A stretch of DNA of 64,000 nucleotides from Clostridia bacterium (GCA_017451485.1 JAFTOG010000046.1:3630-67629), one strand, 5' to 3'; positions 29,305 to 39,254 are shown, counted from the stretch's first letter. The notes: generated by a model from the sequence alone, not told the origin. Numbers and translations are program-made.

Positions 29305-29929
29305 ACATATCCCACAAATCCCCTTGTGGTGTTGACGAGAATACGAGATACTTCCTTGAAACGGGATGCATGAAGGAAAGAAATGCAGAGTGAAGATGTA
29401 TTCTTAAATTATCTCTTGCTCCGTATTTACCGTCACCGCAAAGGGGGTGTCCTATGTTGGAAAGCTGGACCCGTATCTGATGGGTCCTGCCTGTAATAAG
29501 CTTTATTTTTGCAAGGGAAAATACATCTCCGTTTTGTTCAATTACATCAACGAGCTTGTATTTAAGCTCTGCTCGCTTTACTCCCTTTCTTTCTGTTTCT
29601 ACAACAAAGGATTTATTCTTTATTCTGTCGTGATATAAAAGGTCAATAAGCCTACCCTGTGTCTGAATTTCTCCGTGTACTATGGCATAATACTCCTTTT
29701 GCAGCTCTCCTCTTGCTATTATATCGGAAAGCATAGCCGAGCTTCTTTTATTTAGTGCATATACCATAAGTCCACTTGTTGTAATATCAAGCCTGTGAAC
29801 GGGATAAACCGTGCACCCCAGCTCCTTTTCAAGTTGGGATATCATATTTTCCTTATCGGCTTGCTGAGATGATATTCCACAGGGCTTTTCGCAAACAGCG
29901 ATATCCTTGTCTTTATAATATATTTTCAT
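29288..29929 (-). CDS. RluA-family pseudouridine synthase
   Basis: VHRLD catalytic motif, TGRTHQIRVQ, LCGDGKYG. Confidence 0.93.
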   Translation of the reverse strand: MKIYYKDKDIAVCEKPCGISSQQADKENMISQLEKELGCTVYPVHRLDITTSGLMVYALNKRSSAMLSDIIARGELQKEYYAIVHGEIQTQGRLIDLLYHDRIKNKSFVVETERKGVKRAELKYKLVDVIEQNGDVFSLAKIKLITGRTHQIRVQLSNIGHPLCGDGKYGARDNLRIHLHSAFLSFMHPVSRKYLVFSSTPQGDLWDMFKITE

Positions 29930-29938
29930 ATTTCACCC

Positions 29939-29972
29939 AAAAGGGGCTGAATCTTTAAGAATCAGCCCTTTT
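29939..29972 (-). terminator. Terminator after gpmI
   Basis: aaaaggggctga...tcagcccttt. Confidence 0.7.
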
Positions 29973-29979
29973 CTATATT

Positions 29980-31629
29980 TTATTTTATCTCAATAATTGA
30001 TTCATCCCACATGGAGGGAGCCTCATAGCCAAGCATATTTACAACTGTAGCAGCAACATTGGAAAGACCGAATTGACCGTTGTCAGCCTTTACCTCGTAT
30101 TTATCAGCGTAGAAATTGTCATATATGATGCAAGGAACAGGATTGAGGGTATGGCTTGTTTTTGCCTTGTATGAGCCGTCCTTACCCTGCTTGGGAGCAC
30201 CCTTCTTATCAACCTCATACATTTCATCTGCATTACCGTGGTCGGCTGTAATAATAGCCACGCCACCGAGAGAATCAACAACATCAAGAAGTCTCTTGAG
30301 CTGAAGGTCGAGGGCCTCCATAGAGCAACGGGTAGCAAGAAGATTACCTGTATGACCTACCATATCACCGTTAGGGAAGTTGACTCTTAAGCACTGGTAC
30401 TTGCCACTCTTAAGGCACTCAATAAGCTTGTCGGTAATTTCAGCACATTTCATCCAGGGTCTCTGCTCGAAAGGAACTACATCTGAGGGAACCTCAATAT
30501 ATGTTTCAAGTGCATCGTTGAACTTGCCACTCTTATTACCGTTCCAGAAATATGTTACATGACCGTATTTCTGTGTCTCGGAGATTGCGAGCTGAGATAT
30601 GCCTGTATCGGAGAGATACTCACCCATTGTATTTGTGATTTCCGGGGGATTTACAAGATAGTTTGAAGGAATATGGAGGTCACCGTCATATTCAAGCATA
30701 CCAGCATATACAACATTGGGATAACGGACTCTGTCAAACTTGTCAAAGTCGGCATCGTCAAATGCCTTGGAGATTTCGATGGAACGGTCGCCACGGAAAT
30801 TGTAGAAAATCACGCTGTCGCCGTCATTAACTGTACCAACGGGGCATCCGTCCTTAGCGATAACAAAGGGAGGAAGATCCTGGTCGATAACCTTAAGCTC
30901 TGCTCTGTATGTCTCAACAGCCTCCTTGGCAGATGCAAACTGTCTTCCCTCACCGAGTACATGTGTCTTCCAGCCGTCTTCTACCATCTTCCAGTTAGCT
31001 TCATATCTGTCCATGGTAATAACCATTCTTCCACCGCCGGATGCAATCATTACATCAAAATCATCGGAACGGAGAGAAGCCATAAATTCTTCAAAGGGCT
31101 CAATGTATTCAAGAGCACTTGTTTCACCAACATCACGGCCGTCGATAAGAATGTGTACTCTTACCTTTGCTACATTCTCCTCCTTAGCTCTTACCATCAT
31201 AGCCTTAAGATGATCGATATGGGAGTGAACATTACCGTCTGAGAAAAGACCGAGGAAGTGGAGGGTACTGTTATTATTTTTTACATTTGAGATGATTGAC
31301 TTCCAAGTATCGGATGCAAACATCTTACCGTTTTCAATAGACTGGGAAACAAGCTTTGCACCCTGTGCAAAAACCTGACCTGAGCCAAGAGCATTGTGTC
31401 CAACCTCGGAGTTACCCATATCGTCATCACCGGGGAGACCTACTGCTGTGCCGTGTGCCTTGAGCTTTACCCAAGGATATTTTGCCATAAGCATATCAAG
31501 AGTAGGAGTGTAAGCTGCTTTAACTGCGTTACCTACGCTGTCAGGAGCAATACCTACGCCGTCCATAACGATGGTGAGCACAGGACCCTTTACTTCGATT
31601 GAATTTTTAAGATTGTTAAGTTTAGCCAT
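29980..31629 (-). CDS. gpmI: 2,3-bisphosphoglycerate-independent phosphoglycerate mutase
   Basis: MGNSEVGH, DGRD, ETQKYGHVTYF, DMVGH, TADHGN. Confidence 0.97.
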   Translation of the reverse strand: MAKLNNLKNSIEVKGPVLTIVMDGVGIAPDSVGNAVKAAYTPTLDMLMAKYPWVKLKAHGTAVGLPGDDDMGNSEVGHNALGSGQVFAQGAKLVSQSIENGKMFASDTWKSIISNVKNNNSTLHFLGLFSDGNVHSHIDHLKAMMVRAKEENVAKVRVHILIDGRDVGETSALEYIEPFEEFMASLRSDDFDVMIASGGGRMVITMDRYEANWKMVEDGWKTHVLGEGRQFASAKEAVETYRAELKVIDQDLPPFVIAKDGCPVGTVNDGDSVIFYNFRGDRSIEISKAFDDADFDKFDRVRYPNVVYAGMLEYDGDLHIPSNYLVNPPEITNTMGEYLSDTGISQLAISETQKYGHVTYFWNGNKSGKFNDALETYIEVPSDVVPFEQRPWMKCAEITDKLIECLKSGKYQCLRVNFPNGDMVGHTGNLLATRCSMEALDLQLKRLLDVVDSLGGVAIITADHGNADEMYEVDKKGAPKQGKDGSYKAKTSHTLNPVPCIIYDNFYADKYEVKADNGQFGLSNVAATVVNMLGYEAPSMWDESIIEIK

Positions 31630-31760
31630 TTTAAATAACTCCTCAATATTATATTTTCAAATATAGTATACATTATATTTGTGAATAAATCTTTAACAAG
31701 TGTAAAAATGTTGACTTTTTTTCCTGCAGATGCTACAATATACGAAAAGGAGATGATAAT

Positions 31761-32300
31761 ATGGATATCATGCGTCAGACAGCAGAGGCTGTATACGAGC
31801 TTTGCGAGGTAGCTAAGCTTAAGCGTGGAGATATATTGGTGGTTGGGTGCTCCACCAGTGAGGTCGTGGGAGCAAAAATAGGTACTAATTCAGACCCCGA
31901 CACTGCAGAGGAGATTTACAAGGGAATCATATCAGTTCTTGAACCGAAGGGAATATACCTTGCGGTTCAGTGCTGTGAGCATCTTAACAGAGCAATAGTT
32001 GTAGAAAGGGATGCTGTACCCTGTGGGGAATGCGTTAATGTGGTTCCACAGAAAAAGGCAGGGGGCTCTCTTGCAACGGTGGCATATCACTGCTTCAAAA
32101 ATCCTTGCGTTGTTGAAGAAATCAAGGCAGATGCAGGTATTGATATAGGAGGAACCCTTATCGGTATGCATCTTAAGAGAGTGGCTGTACCCGTTCGGTT
32201 GAATACCAAAAAAATAGGAGAAGCAAACATTATTTGTGCAAGGGTAAGACCGAAATTTATCGGTGGCATTCGTGCAATTTATAACGAGGATTTGCTTTGA
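31761..32300 (+). CDS. YwlG / DUF436 (TIGR01440) family protein
   Basis: VVGCSTSEV, QCCEHLNRA, KAGGS, DIGGTLIGMHLKRVAVP. Confidence 0.9.
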   Translation: MDIMRQTAEAVYELCEVAKLKRGDILVVGCSTSEVVGAKIGTNSDPDTAEEIYKGIISVLEPKGIYLAVQCCEHLNRAIVVERDAVPCGECVNVVPQKKAGGSLATVAYHCFKNPCVVEEIKADAGIDIGGTLIGMHLKRVAVPVRLNTKKIGEANIICARVRPKFIGGIRAIYNEDLL

Positions 32301-32328
32301 TACAATAATTTGACAAGGAACACGGTAT

Positions 32329-33417
32329 ATGAAAAGATTTGTTGGCTTTGAATGTGGTATGGGAATTGGCGGATGGCTTACCAATTACAAAAGACATCAT
32401 GTTTTGGACGATGAGCAGAAAAAAACGCTAACGGTAGGCGATTTCGAGCATTTTGAAACATACATTACCGAGAAGGATATTAAATATATTGCGTCTCTCG
32501 GCTTCGACCATATCCGCCTCGGCTTTGACCAGATAGTGATAGAGGACGGTAATGGTGGGTACAGATCCGAGATACTCAAGCTTCTTGATAATTTTATCGG
32601 TTGGTGCGAGAAGTACAATCTCAATATTGTATTCAATCTCCACAAGGCTATTGGAAATTACTGTGATGTTGAAGAAAAGGTGTCTCTTATGGACGATCCT
32701 ACATTGCAGGAGGGATTTATCAGACTGTGGACAGATATGGAAAAAATGTGTGCTCACAAGCCGAATATAGTATTTGAAATTCTTAACGAGGTAAAGGATG
32801 TAGATCCGGCACTTTGGAATGATCTTGCGGGTCGAACGATACAAGCAATAAGAAAGATAAGCAGGGACAGAAAAATTATTGTAGGAACAACATGCTGGAA
32901 TAATGTGTACTGCCTTAAATATCAGAAAATTTTTAATGATGAAAATGTAATTTACACCTTCCATATGTATGACCCCTCGGAGTTTACACATCAGCGTGGA
33001 GTTCTTCAGCAAAGTCACTGCTTCTACAACAGAGATATGCCCTATCCCGGCGACATACAACGCTGTAAGGACTTCTACAAATTGGTGTATAATAGAGATG
33101 ATGCGTACACAGGGTACGAGATAATGGATAAAAGGTATATGTACGATGTGATGTATCCGGCAAAGAAATTTATAAAAGAAAACCCCGATGTTATTCTCTG
33201 GTGTGGAGAATTTGGAACTATTCGTCACGCCAAATTGGAGTGGCGTATGGCATGGTTCAAGGATGTAATATCATTTTTGAAGGAAAACTCGATTCCTTAC
33301 TGTGTATGGAATTATTTAAGCACTCCCAATGACGGTAATCGCTTCAGTCTCGTGGATGACGACACGAGAAAAATCCTTTCCCCCGAGCTTAAGGATATCT
33401 TGACAGGTAATTTCTAA
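32329..33417 (+). CDS. GH5 glycoside hydrolase (intracellular, CelC-like)
   Basis: GFDHIRL, FEILNE acid/base, YTFHMY, WCGEFG nucleophile; no signal peptide. Confidence 0.88.
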   Translation: MKRFVGFECGMGIGGWLTNYKRHHVLDDEQKKTLTVGDFEHFETYITEKDIKYIASLGFDHIRLGFDQIVIEDGNGGYRSEILKLLDNFIGWCEKYNLNIVFNLHKAIGNYCDVEEKVSLMDDPTLQEGFIRLWTDMEKMCAHKPNIVFEILNEVKDVDPALWNDLAGRTIQAIRKISRDRKIIVGTTCWNNVYCLKYQKIFNDENVIYTFHMYDPSEFTHQRGVLQQSHCFYNRDMPYPGDIQRCKDFYKLVYNRDDAYTGYEIMDKRYMYDVMYPAKKFIKENPDVILWCGEFGTIRHAKLEWRMAWFKDVISFLKENSIPYCVWNYLSTPNDGNRFSLVDDDTRKILSPELKDILTGNF

Positions 33418-33451
33418 ACGGTTATCCACAACAAAATGAATTATAAAATCA

Positions 33452-33910
33452 AAAAATCCCCGACGCAGTCAAATCCGTCTTAGACGGGGAAAATCCACCC
33501 TCGGTGGATGAAATCCTGCATTGCAGGATGAATATTAGACGGATTTGATTTCATCCAAGGGTGTAACCTTGGATTTCATTTGAACGAAGTGAAGATTTCA
33601 TCGTTGCCGTGCAACGATTTCATTAAATCAACAAGAAAAAGAGAGAACAAATCGGTAGTAAGCCGAAATGTTCTCTCTTTTTTCTGTTAGTGATGTTTTT
33701 GCTGATGCAAAAGTGATGTTATGCTTTGCATAATGATGTTGCTCGCAAAAACTCGCAATGATGTGATGCTTGCCCACTACGCCGTCAGTCGTAACATCAT
33801 TCACGAAGTGGACATCACTGCCGCAGGCAACATCATTTGCCCGCAAGGGCAAGCATCGTTTAGCGTGAATGCTCCGTTAAGAGCATCATACTAATGTGTC
33901 GGGGATTTTT
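33452..33910. repeat. Composite palindromic (REP/BIME-like) element: two mini-hairpin arrays around a central hairpin, within a 16-bp inverted repeat
   Basis: Outer IR aaaaatccccgacgca (33452-33467) / tgtgtcggggattttt (33895-33910). Array A 33469-33623 (gatgaaatc/gatttcat units). Central hairpin 33636-33682. Array B 33691-33857 (tgatgt/acatca units). Confidence 0.85.
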
Positions 33911-33915
33911 ATTTA

Positions 33916-34185
33916 TTACCAAAGTATGAATGCAAATAATATCGGTAAAACAGAGGAAATAATTATAAAAAGATTTACAGTAAATGTTGCATACTCCTCT
34001 TTGCATACGGACATATTCCATCTTATAAATGTACTCTTGAAGATTGAAGCAACAAGGGATAAGATCGCTATGCCGCATATTATAAAGTAAGAATAATCAA
34101 ATACAGGCTTTACAATTACAGCTCGTATTACAATTATCAAAATAGCCAATGCAGGAATGCAACAGCTTTTAAGTCTGTCTGACAT
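33916..34185 (-). CDS. Small hypothetical membrane protein (89 aa, ~3 TM)
   Basis: RBS AGGAG, three hydrophobic segments, co-oriented downstream of pgm. Confidence 0.6.
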   Translation of the reverse strand: MSDRLKSCCIPALAILIIVIRAVIVKPVFDYSYFIICGIAILSLVASIFKSTFIRWNMSVCKEEYATFTVNLFIIISSVLPILFAFILW

Positions 34186-34217
34186 ATAAAATTCTCCTTG
34201 AAATTTTACCTTCGGAT

Positions 34218-35891
34218 TTAACCCTCTATAATCTTGTTGATTATGGTGCGTCTTGCTTCCAGCACCTTGGAAGCGTCAGCCTCATTTTCGCCTCTTACAG
34301 AGTAATAAACCTTGATCTTAGGCTCTGTACCGGAGGGACGAATTGCAATCCATGAGGAGTCTGCAAATACGAATTTAAGAACATCGGATTTAGGAAGATC
34401 CTCAACGCCCTTTTCATAGTCGTAAACTGTAACTATACCGTCGATAAGGGATGAGCCGGCCTCTCTCATAGCCTTCATAATAGCCTGTATCTTTTCAATG
34501 CCGTCAATACCCTTGAGAGTAAAGGAATCAAGCTTATCAAGATAGTAGCCGTATTTTTCATAGATGTCGTTCATAACATCCACAAGAGTCTTGCCCTGAT
34601 TCTTGTAGTATGATGCCATTTCACAGATGAGCATGGATGCTACAACAGCGTCCTTGTCTCTTGCATGAGTACCAACGAGATATCCGTAGCTTTCCTCATA
34701 GCCGATAACATACTCGCCGTTACCCTCTTTTTCAAACATATTCATCTTATCGCCGATAAACTTAAATCCGGTAAGAACCTCTATAATCCTGCATCCGTTA
34801 AGCTTTGCGATCTGTGCACCAAGCTCACTTGTTACTATAGTTTTGATAACTGTGGACTTGCCATTGATTTTATCCTTGTTCATCTTGATTACATAATCCA
34901 CAAGGAGTGCACCAACCTGGTTACCTGTAAAGAGCTTCATGCCGTTGCCTGTGTTAACAGCAATACCAACACGGTCACAGTCAGGGTCTGTACCAAGCAT
35001 AATATCAGCACCAATCTCCTCACAGAGCTTACATCCTATGGCAAGAGCCTCTGCATTTTCGGGATTGGGAGAAATTACTGTGGGGAAGTTACCGTCCTTG
35101 ATTTCCTGCTCTTTAACAACTGTTACATCGTATCCGAGGTCAGAAAGGACCCTGCGTACAGGAACATTACCTGTGCCGTGGAGGGGAGAGTAAACTATTT
35201 TTGCACTTTTTTCGCCGATATCGTGGGACTGAGATTTAACAGCCTCACAGAAGGCATCAAGCACACAGGGATAAATTGATTTTACAAGGCCGTTTGCTCT
35301 TGCCTCGTTTTCGTCAGCTACGGGAATAGCTGTAATATCCTCAATAGCGTTTACATAGGAGATAATCTTATTAGCATCGTCGATAAGAACCTGACAGCCT
35401 GTTTCATCGTATACCTTATAGCCGTTATATTCCTTGGGGTTGTGGCTGGCTGTAACTACAATACCGCCAACACAGCCAAGCTGTCTTACTGTAAAGGAAA
35501 GAACAGGAGTAGGCTCAAGCTCGTCGTAGAGATATGCAGGGATACCTGCCGCAGCCATAACAAGTGCTGCCTCACGGGCAAAGGAGTCTGAGTTGTTTCT
35601 GGAGTCGTAGCCGATTGCCACGCCCTTGGAAACATCCTTGCCATATTTATCGAGAAGGTAATTTGCAAAGCCACGGGTAGCTTTTCTGATAATGTACTTG
35701 TTCATACGGTTGGTGCCTGCACCCATTACGCCACGAAGTCCACCTGTACCAAATTCAAGATCTCTCCAAAAGCGATCCTCAATTTCCTTCTCGTCAAGAC
35801 CTGCGTTAAGCTCATTTCTTGTAGCCTCGTCAAAAAATTCATTAGTACGCCAAAGGTCAAAGGTTTTAACAATTTTTTCAGAAAGTGCCAT
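34218..35891 (-). CDS. pgm: Phosphoglucomutase/phosphomannomutase
   Basis: FGTGGLRG, TASHNP phosphoserine motif, DPDCDR, EESYG, RPSGTEPK. Confidence 0.95.
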   Translation of the reverse strand: MALSEKIVKTFDLWRTNEFFDEATRNELNAGLDEKEIEDRFWRDLEFGTGGLRGVMGAGTNRMNKYIIRKATRGFANYLLDKYGKDVSKGVAIGYDSRNNSDSFAREAALVMAAAGIPAYLYDELEPTPVLSFTVRQLGCVGGIVVTASHNPKEYNGYKVYDETGCQVLIDDANKIISYVNAIEDITAIPVADENEARANGLVKSIYPCVLDAFCEAVKSQSHDIGEKSAKIVYSPLHGTGNVPVRRVLSDLGYDVTVVKEQEIKDGNFPTVISPNPENAEALAIGCKLCEEIGADIMLGTDPDCDRVGIAVNTGNGMKLFTGNQVGALLVDYVIKMNKDKINGKSTVIKTIVTSELGAQIAKLNGCRIIEVLTGFKFIGDKMNMFEKEGNGEYVIGYEESYGYLVGTHARDKDAVVASMLICEMASYYKNQGKTLVDVMNDIYEKYGYYLDKLDSFTLKGIDGIEKIQAIMKAMREAGSSLIDGIVTVYDYEKGVEDLPKSDVLKFVFADSSWIAIRPSGTEPKIKVYYSVRGENEADASKVLEARRTIINKIIEG

Positions 35892-35944
35892 TTTTAATCT
35901 CCTCCATTTTGTTTTAATAAAATATATGAATTATAAGCAAAGAT

Positions 35945-37864
35945 TTATTCACCCTTTGTGTAAGCTAAGAGACCACCCTTCTTGATTATCTCAGTCTGAC
36001 GGTCTGTGTAGTTGTATTCAAGAGGAATTTCCATATCTCTTACCTTAAGGGTTATCTTGCCGTTCTTCATCCCATCGTAGAGATTGTCAAGAACAAGTGT
36101 ATCATCTTGATTCAGCTTGTCATAATCGTCCGGATTAGCGAATGTAAGAGGCAATATACCTGCGTTGATGAGGTTATCTGTATGGATTCTTGCAAAGCTC
36201 TTTGCAATTACAGCCTTTACACCAAGGTAAAGGGGTACAAGTGCCGCATGCTCACGGGAGGAGCCTTGTCCGTAGTTAGAGCCACCTACCACGATATTGG
36301 ATTTGAATTCCTGTGCACGGGTTGCAAAATTCTCGTCACATACTGCAAAGCAGAACTTTGAAAGGAATGGAATATTGGAACGGTAAGGAAGAATCTTTGC
36401 ACCTGCGGGCATAATATGGTCTGTAGTGATATTATCGCCAACCTTAAGAGTAAGGTTAGCTGTAATCTTATTTTCAAGGGGATGTGTCTCGGGAAAGGGC
36501 TTGATATTAGGACCTCTGAGGATCTCAATATTCTTCGCCTCCTCGGGTGATGCGGGCATTACAACTGCACTGTCGTCAATTTTGAACGCCTCCGGCATTT
36601 CAACCTCTTCGTATGCACCGAGAGTTCTGGGATCTGTGATGTAGCCTGTAAGAGCAGATGCTACGGCTACCTCGGGGGATACAAGATATACCTGTGCATC
36701 CTTTGTACCGCTTCTTCCCTCAAAGTTACGGTTAAAGGTACGGAGTGACACACCTGCGGAATTGGGAGAGAAGCCCATACCGATACAGGGTCCGCACGCA
36801 CACTCAAGAACTCTTGCACCGGATGCTAAAATATCGGAAAGTGCACCACAGTCTGCAAGCATGGAAAGAACCTGCTTTGATCCGGGGGAAACAGACAGGC
36901 TTACGCTGTCATCAATTTTCTTACCCTTAAGCATCTTGGCAACTCTTAACATATCACGGAGGGAGGAGTTTGTGCAGGAGCCGATACATACCTGGTCAAC
37001 CTTAACACCCTTAAGCTCCTCGGCACTCTTTATGTTATCGGGGCTGTGAGGACAAGCAAGCAGAGGCTTAAGCTCGGAGAGGTTAATGTCAATAATTCTG
37101 TCGTATACTGCGTCAGGATCACTCTCAAGAGGAGTATAAGCGTCACCTCTTCCCTGAGCCTCCAAAAATGCCTTTGTAATTTCGTCGGAGGGGAATATGG
37201 AGGTTGTGGCACCGAGCTCTGTACCCATATTTGTTATGGTAGCTCTCTCCGGTACAGAAAGAGTTTTTATGCCTTCGCCACCCCATTCGATAATAGCTCC
37301 CACACCACCCTTAACGGAAAGTATACGGAGTATCTCAAGGCTTACATCCTTTGCACTTACCCAGGGCTGAAGCTTTCCTGTAAGGTTTACCTTAAACATC
37401 TTGGGCATCTTGATATAGTATTCACCGCCACCCATAGCAACAGCAACATTAAGTCCACCTGCACCCATTGCAAGCATACCGATACCTCCTGCTGTGGGGG
37501 TATGGCTGTCGGAGCCGATAAGAGTCATACCGGGAACACCGAATCTTTCAAGGTGAACCTGATGGCAGATTCCGTTACCGGGACGGGAAAATCTGATGCC
37601 GTATTTTTTAGCTACGGACTGGATGTATCTGTGGTCGTCAGCGTTTTCAAAGCCTGATTGGAGTGTATTGTGGTCTATGTAAGCAACGGAAAGCTTTGTT
37701 CTTACTCTCTCTATGCCTATGGATTCAAATTCAAGGTACGCCATTGTACCTGTTGCATCCTGTGTAAGAGTCTGGTCGATACGGAGTGCAATCTCCTCGC
37801 CTACTCTCATTTCACCTGATACAAGATGCTCCTTAATAATCTTTTGAGCTATTGTAAGTCCCAT
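35945..37864 (-). CDS. acn: Aconitate hydratase (clostridial type)
   Basis: QDATG, GICHQ, DSHT, IGSCTN, CGPCIG, NRNFEGR, TDHI, GSSREHA. Confidence 0.93.
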   Translation of the reverse strand: MGLTIAQKIIKEHLVSGEMRVGEEIALRIDQTLTQDATGTMAYLEFESIGIERVRTKLSVAYIDHNTLQSGFENADDHRYIQSVAKKYGIRFSRPGNGICHQVHLERFGVPGMTLIGSDSHTPTAGGIGMLAMGAGGLNVAVAMGGGEYYIKMPKMFKVNLTGKLQPWVSAKDVSLEILRILSVKGGVGAIIEWGGEGIKTLSVPERATITNMGTELGATTSIFPSDEITKAFLEAQGRGDAYTPLESDPDAVYDRIIDINLSELKPLLACPHSPDNIKSAEELKGVKVDQVCIGSCTNSSLRDMLRVAKMLKGKKIDDSVSLSVSPGSKQVLSMLADCGALSDILASGARVLECACGPCIGMGFSPNSAGVSLRTFNRNFEGRSGTKDAQVYLVSPEVAVASALTGYITDPRTLGAYEEVEMPEAFKIDDSAVVMPASPEEAKNIEILRGPNIKPFPETHPLENKITANLTLKVGDNITTDHIMPAGAKILPYRSNIPFLSKFCFAVCDENFATRAQEFKSNIVVGGSNYGQGSSREHAALVPLYLGVKAVIAKSFARIHTDNLINAGILPLTFANPDDYDKLNQDDTLVLDNLYDGMKNGKITLKVRDMEIPLEYNYTDRQTEIIKKGGLLAYTKGE

Positions 37865-37877
37865 TTTATATGCCTCC

Positions 37878-39254
37878 TTATTTCAATGAGCCTGCCTCAT
37901 TAAATTTTTTTATAAGTAATTCGAGTTCACCGTCTGAAACGGAGTTCTGCCTTTCTTCTGCCTCATATTGCTCGTCGACCCATTCCTTTATGGCGATAAC
38001 GAGAGGGCTACGCTTGTCAACCATCTTATCACCCTTCAAACGGTAATGCTCATTTATCCAATAAGCGATTCCCGCAAGACCCGAGGTTTTTGTAATGAGA
38101 ACCCCGGCAGAACGGTTAAGTATTTTTTTAGTGTCAAATATGTTGTAAATCTCCTCGTCCTTCATAAGACCGTCAGCGTGGATGCCCGCTCTTGTTACAT
38201 TGAAGTTAGCTCCTACAAAGGGAGTCATCGGAGGGATATTATAACCCATTTCGTTATGGAAGTAATCGGCAATGTCGGTAATTACTGTGGGGTCCATACC
38301 GTCAAAGCCACCCTTGAAGCCTGCGTATTCAAACACCATAGCCTCAAGAGGAATATTACCTGTTCTTTCTCCTATGCCGAGGAGGGAGCAGTTAACTGCT
38401 GATGCACCGTAAAGCCATGCAGCACCGGCATTCGTAACAGCCTTGTAAAAGTCATTGTGTCCGTGCCATTCCAGCATTTCGCTTGGAACATCGGAGTATT
38501 GCTGTAAGCCGTAAATAATACCCGGTACGCTACGGGGAATTGCAACCTCGGGATAGGGCACACCGTAGCCCATAGTATCACAGGCTCTTATTTTAACAGG
38601 AATTTTCGCATCCTCTGCCATTTTTTCAAGCTCGTTTACAAAAGGAACAACAAAGCCGTAGAAGTCTGCCCTTGTAATATCCTCCAAGTGACATCTGGGA
38701 CGGATACCTGCCTCAAAGGCATCGTAAACTGCAGAAAGATATGTTTTCATAGCCTCAGAACGGGTCATCTTCAGCTTCTTGAAGATATGATAGTCGGAGG
38801 AGCTGACAAGAATACCTGTCTCGGAAATTCCAAGATCGTGTACGAGCTTGAAATCCTCCTTGTTGGCTCTTATCCATGTGGTAATTTCGGGAAATTTAAG
38901 TCCAAGCTCCTGACATTTTGCAATAGCGTCTCTATCCTTTTTGCTATATACAAAAAACTCAGTCTGGCGAATAATACCGTTAGGTCCACCGAGCCTTGAA
39001 AGATATTTGAAGAGCTGAACAATTTGCTCAACGGTGTAGGGCTCAACAGATTGCTGACCGTCTCGGAAGGTAGTATCTGTTATCCAGATGCTTTTCGGCA
39101 TATTAATAGGTACTCTTCTGTGGTTGAATGGTATTCTCGGTATTTCGTCATAGCTATATATGTCTCTGTACAGATTGGGCTCTGCTACATCCTGGAGCTG
39201 ATATTTGTATGTGTCCTGCTCCAGCAAATTTGTCTTTTTTGAAATTTCAAGCAT
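37878..39254 (-). CDS. Re-citrate synthase (DRE-TIM / isopropylmalate synthase family)
   Basis: DTTFRDGQQ, RCHLEDITRAD, HGHND, GIHADG; directly upstream of aconitase, as in clostridial Re-citrate synthase loci. Confidence 0.85.
   Translation of the reverse strand: MLEISKKTNLLEQDTYKYQLQDVAEPNLYRDIYSYDEIPRIPFNHRRVPINMPKSIWITDTTFRDGQQSVEPYTVEQIVQLFKYLSRLGGPNGIIRQTEFFVYSKKDRDAIAKCQELGLKFPEITTWIRANKEDFKLVHDLGISETGILVSSSDYHIFKKLKMTRSEAMKTYLSAVYDAFEAGIRPRCHLEDITRADFYGFVVPFVNELEKMAEDAKIPVKIRACDTMGYGVPYPEVAIPRSVPGIIYGLQQYSDVPSEMLEWHGHNDFYKAVTNAGAAWLYGASAVNCSLLGIGERTGNIPLEAMVFEYAGFKGGFDGMDPTVITDIADYFHNEMGYNIPPMTPFVGANFNVTRAGIHADGLMKDEEIYNIFDTKKILNRSAGVLITKTSGLAGIAYWINEHYRLKGDKMVDKRSPLVIAIKEWVDEQYEAEERQNSVSDGELELLIKKFNEAGSLK

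Noticed and set aside
31679-31699. Rex-like dyad ttgtgaa-taaatct-ttaacaa upstream of gpmI
   Set aside because: The spacer is 7 bp rather than the 4 bp of canonical Rex operators.
33422-33430. Perfect DnaA box TTATCCACA
   Set aside because: Single copy with no box cluster, no dnaA/dnaN and no unwinding element seen; insufficient for an origin.
33628-33852. 74-aa minus-strand ORF across array B
   Set aside because: No RBS, and it lies entirely within palindromic repeats; probably incidental.
33469-33857. CRISPR or TIGR-like array interpretation of the repeat/variable-insert units
   Set aside because: Repeats are only 6-11 bp, the inserts are themselves palindromic, orientation flips mid-array, and no cas or associated effector gene is nearby.
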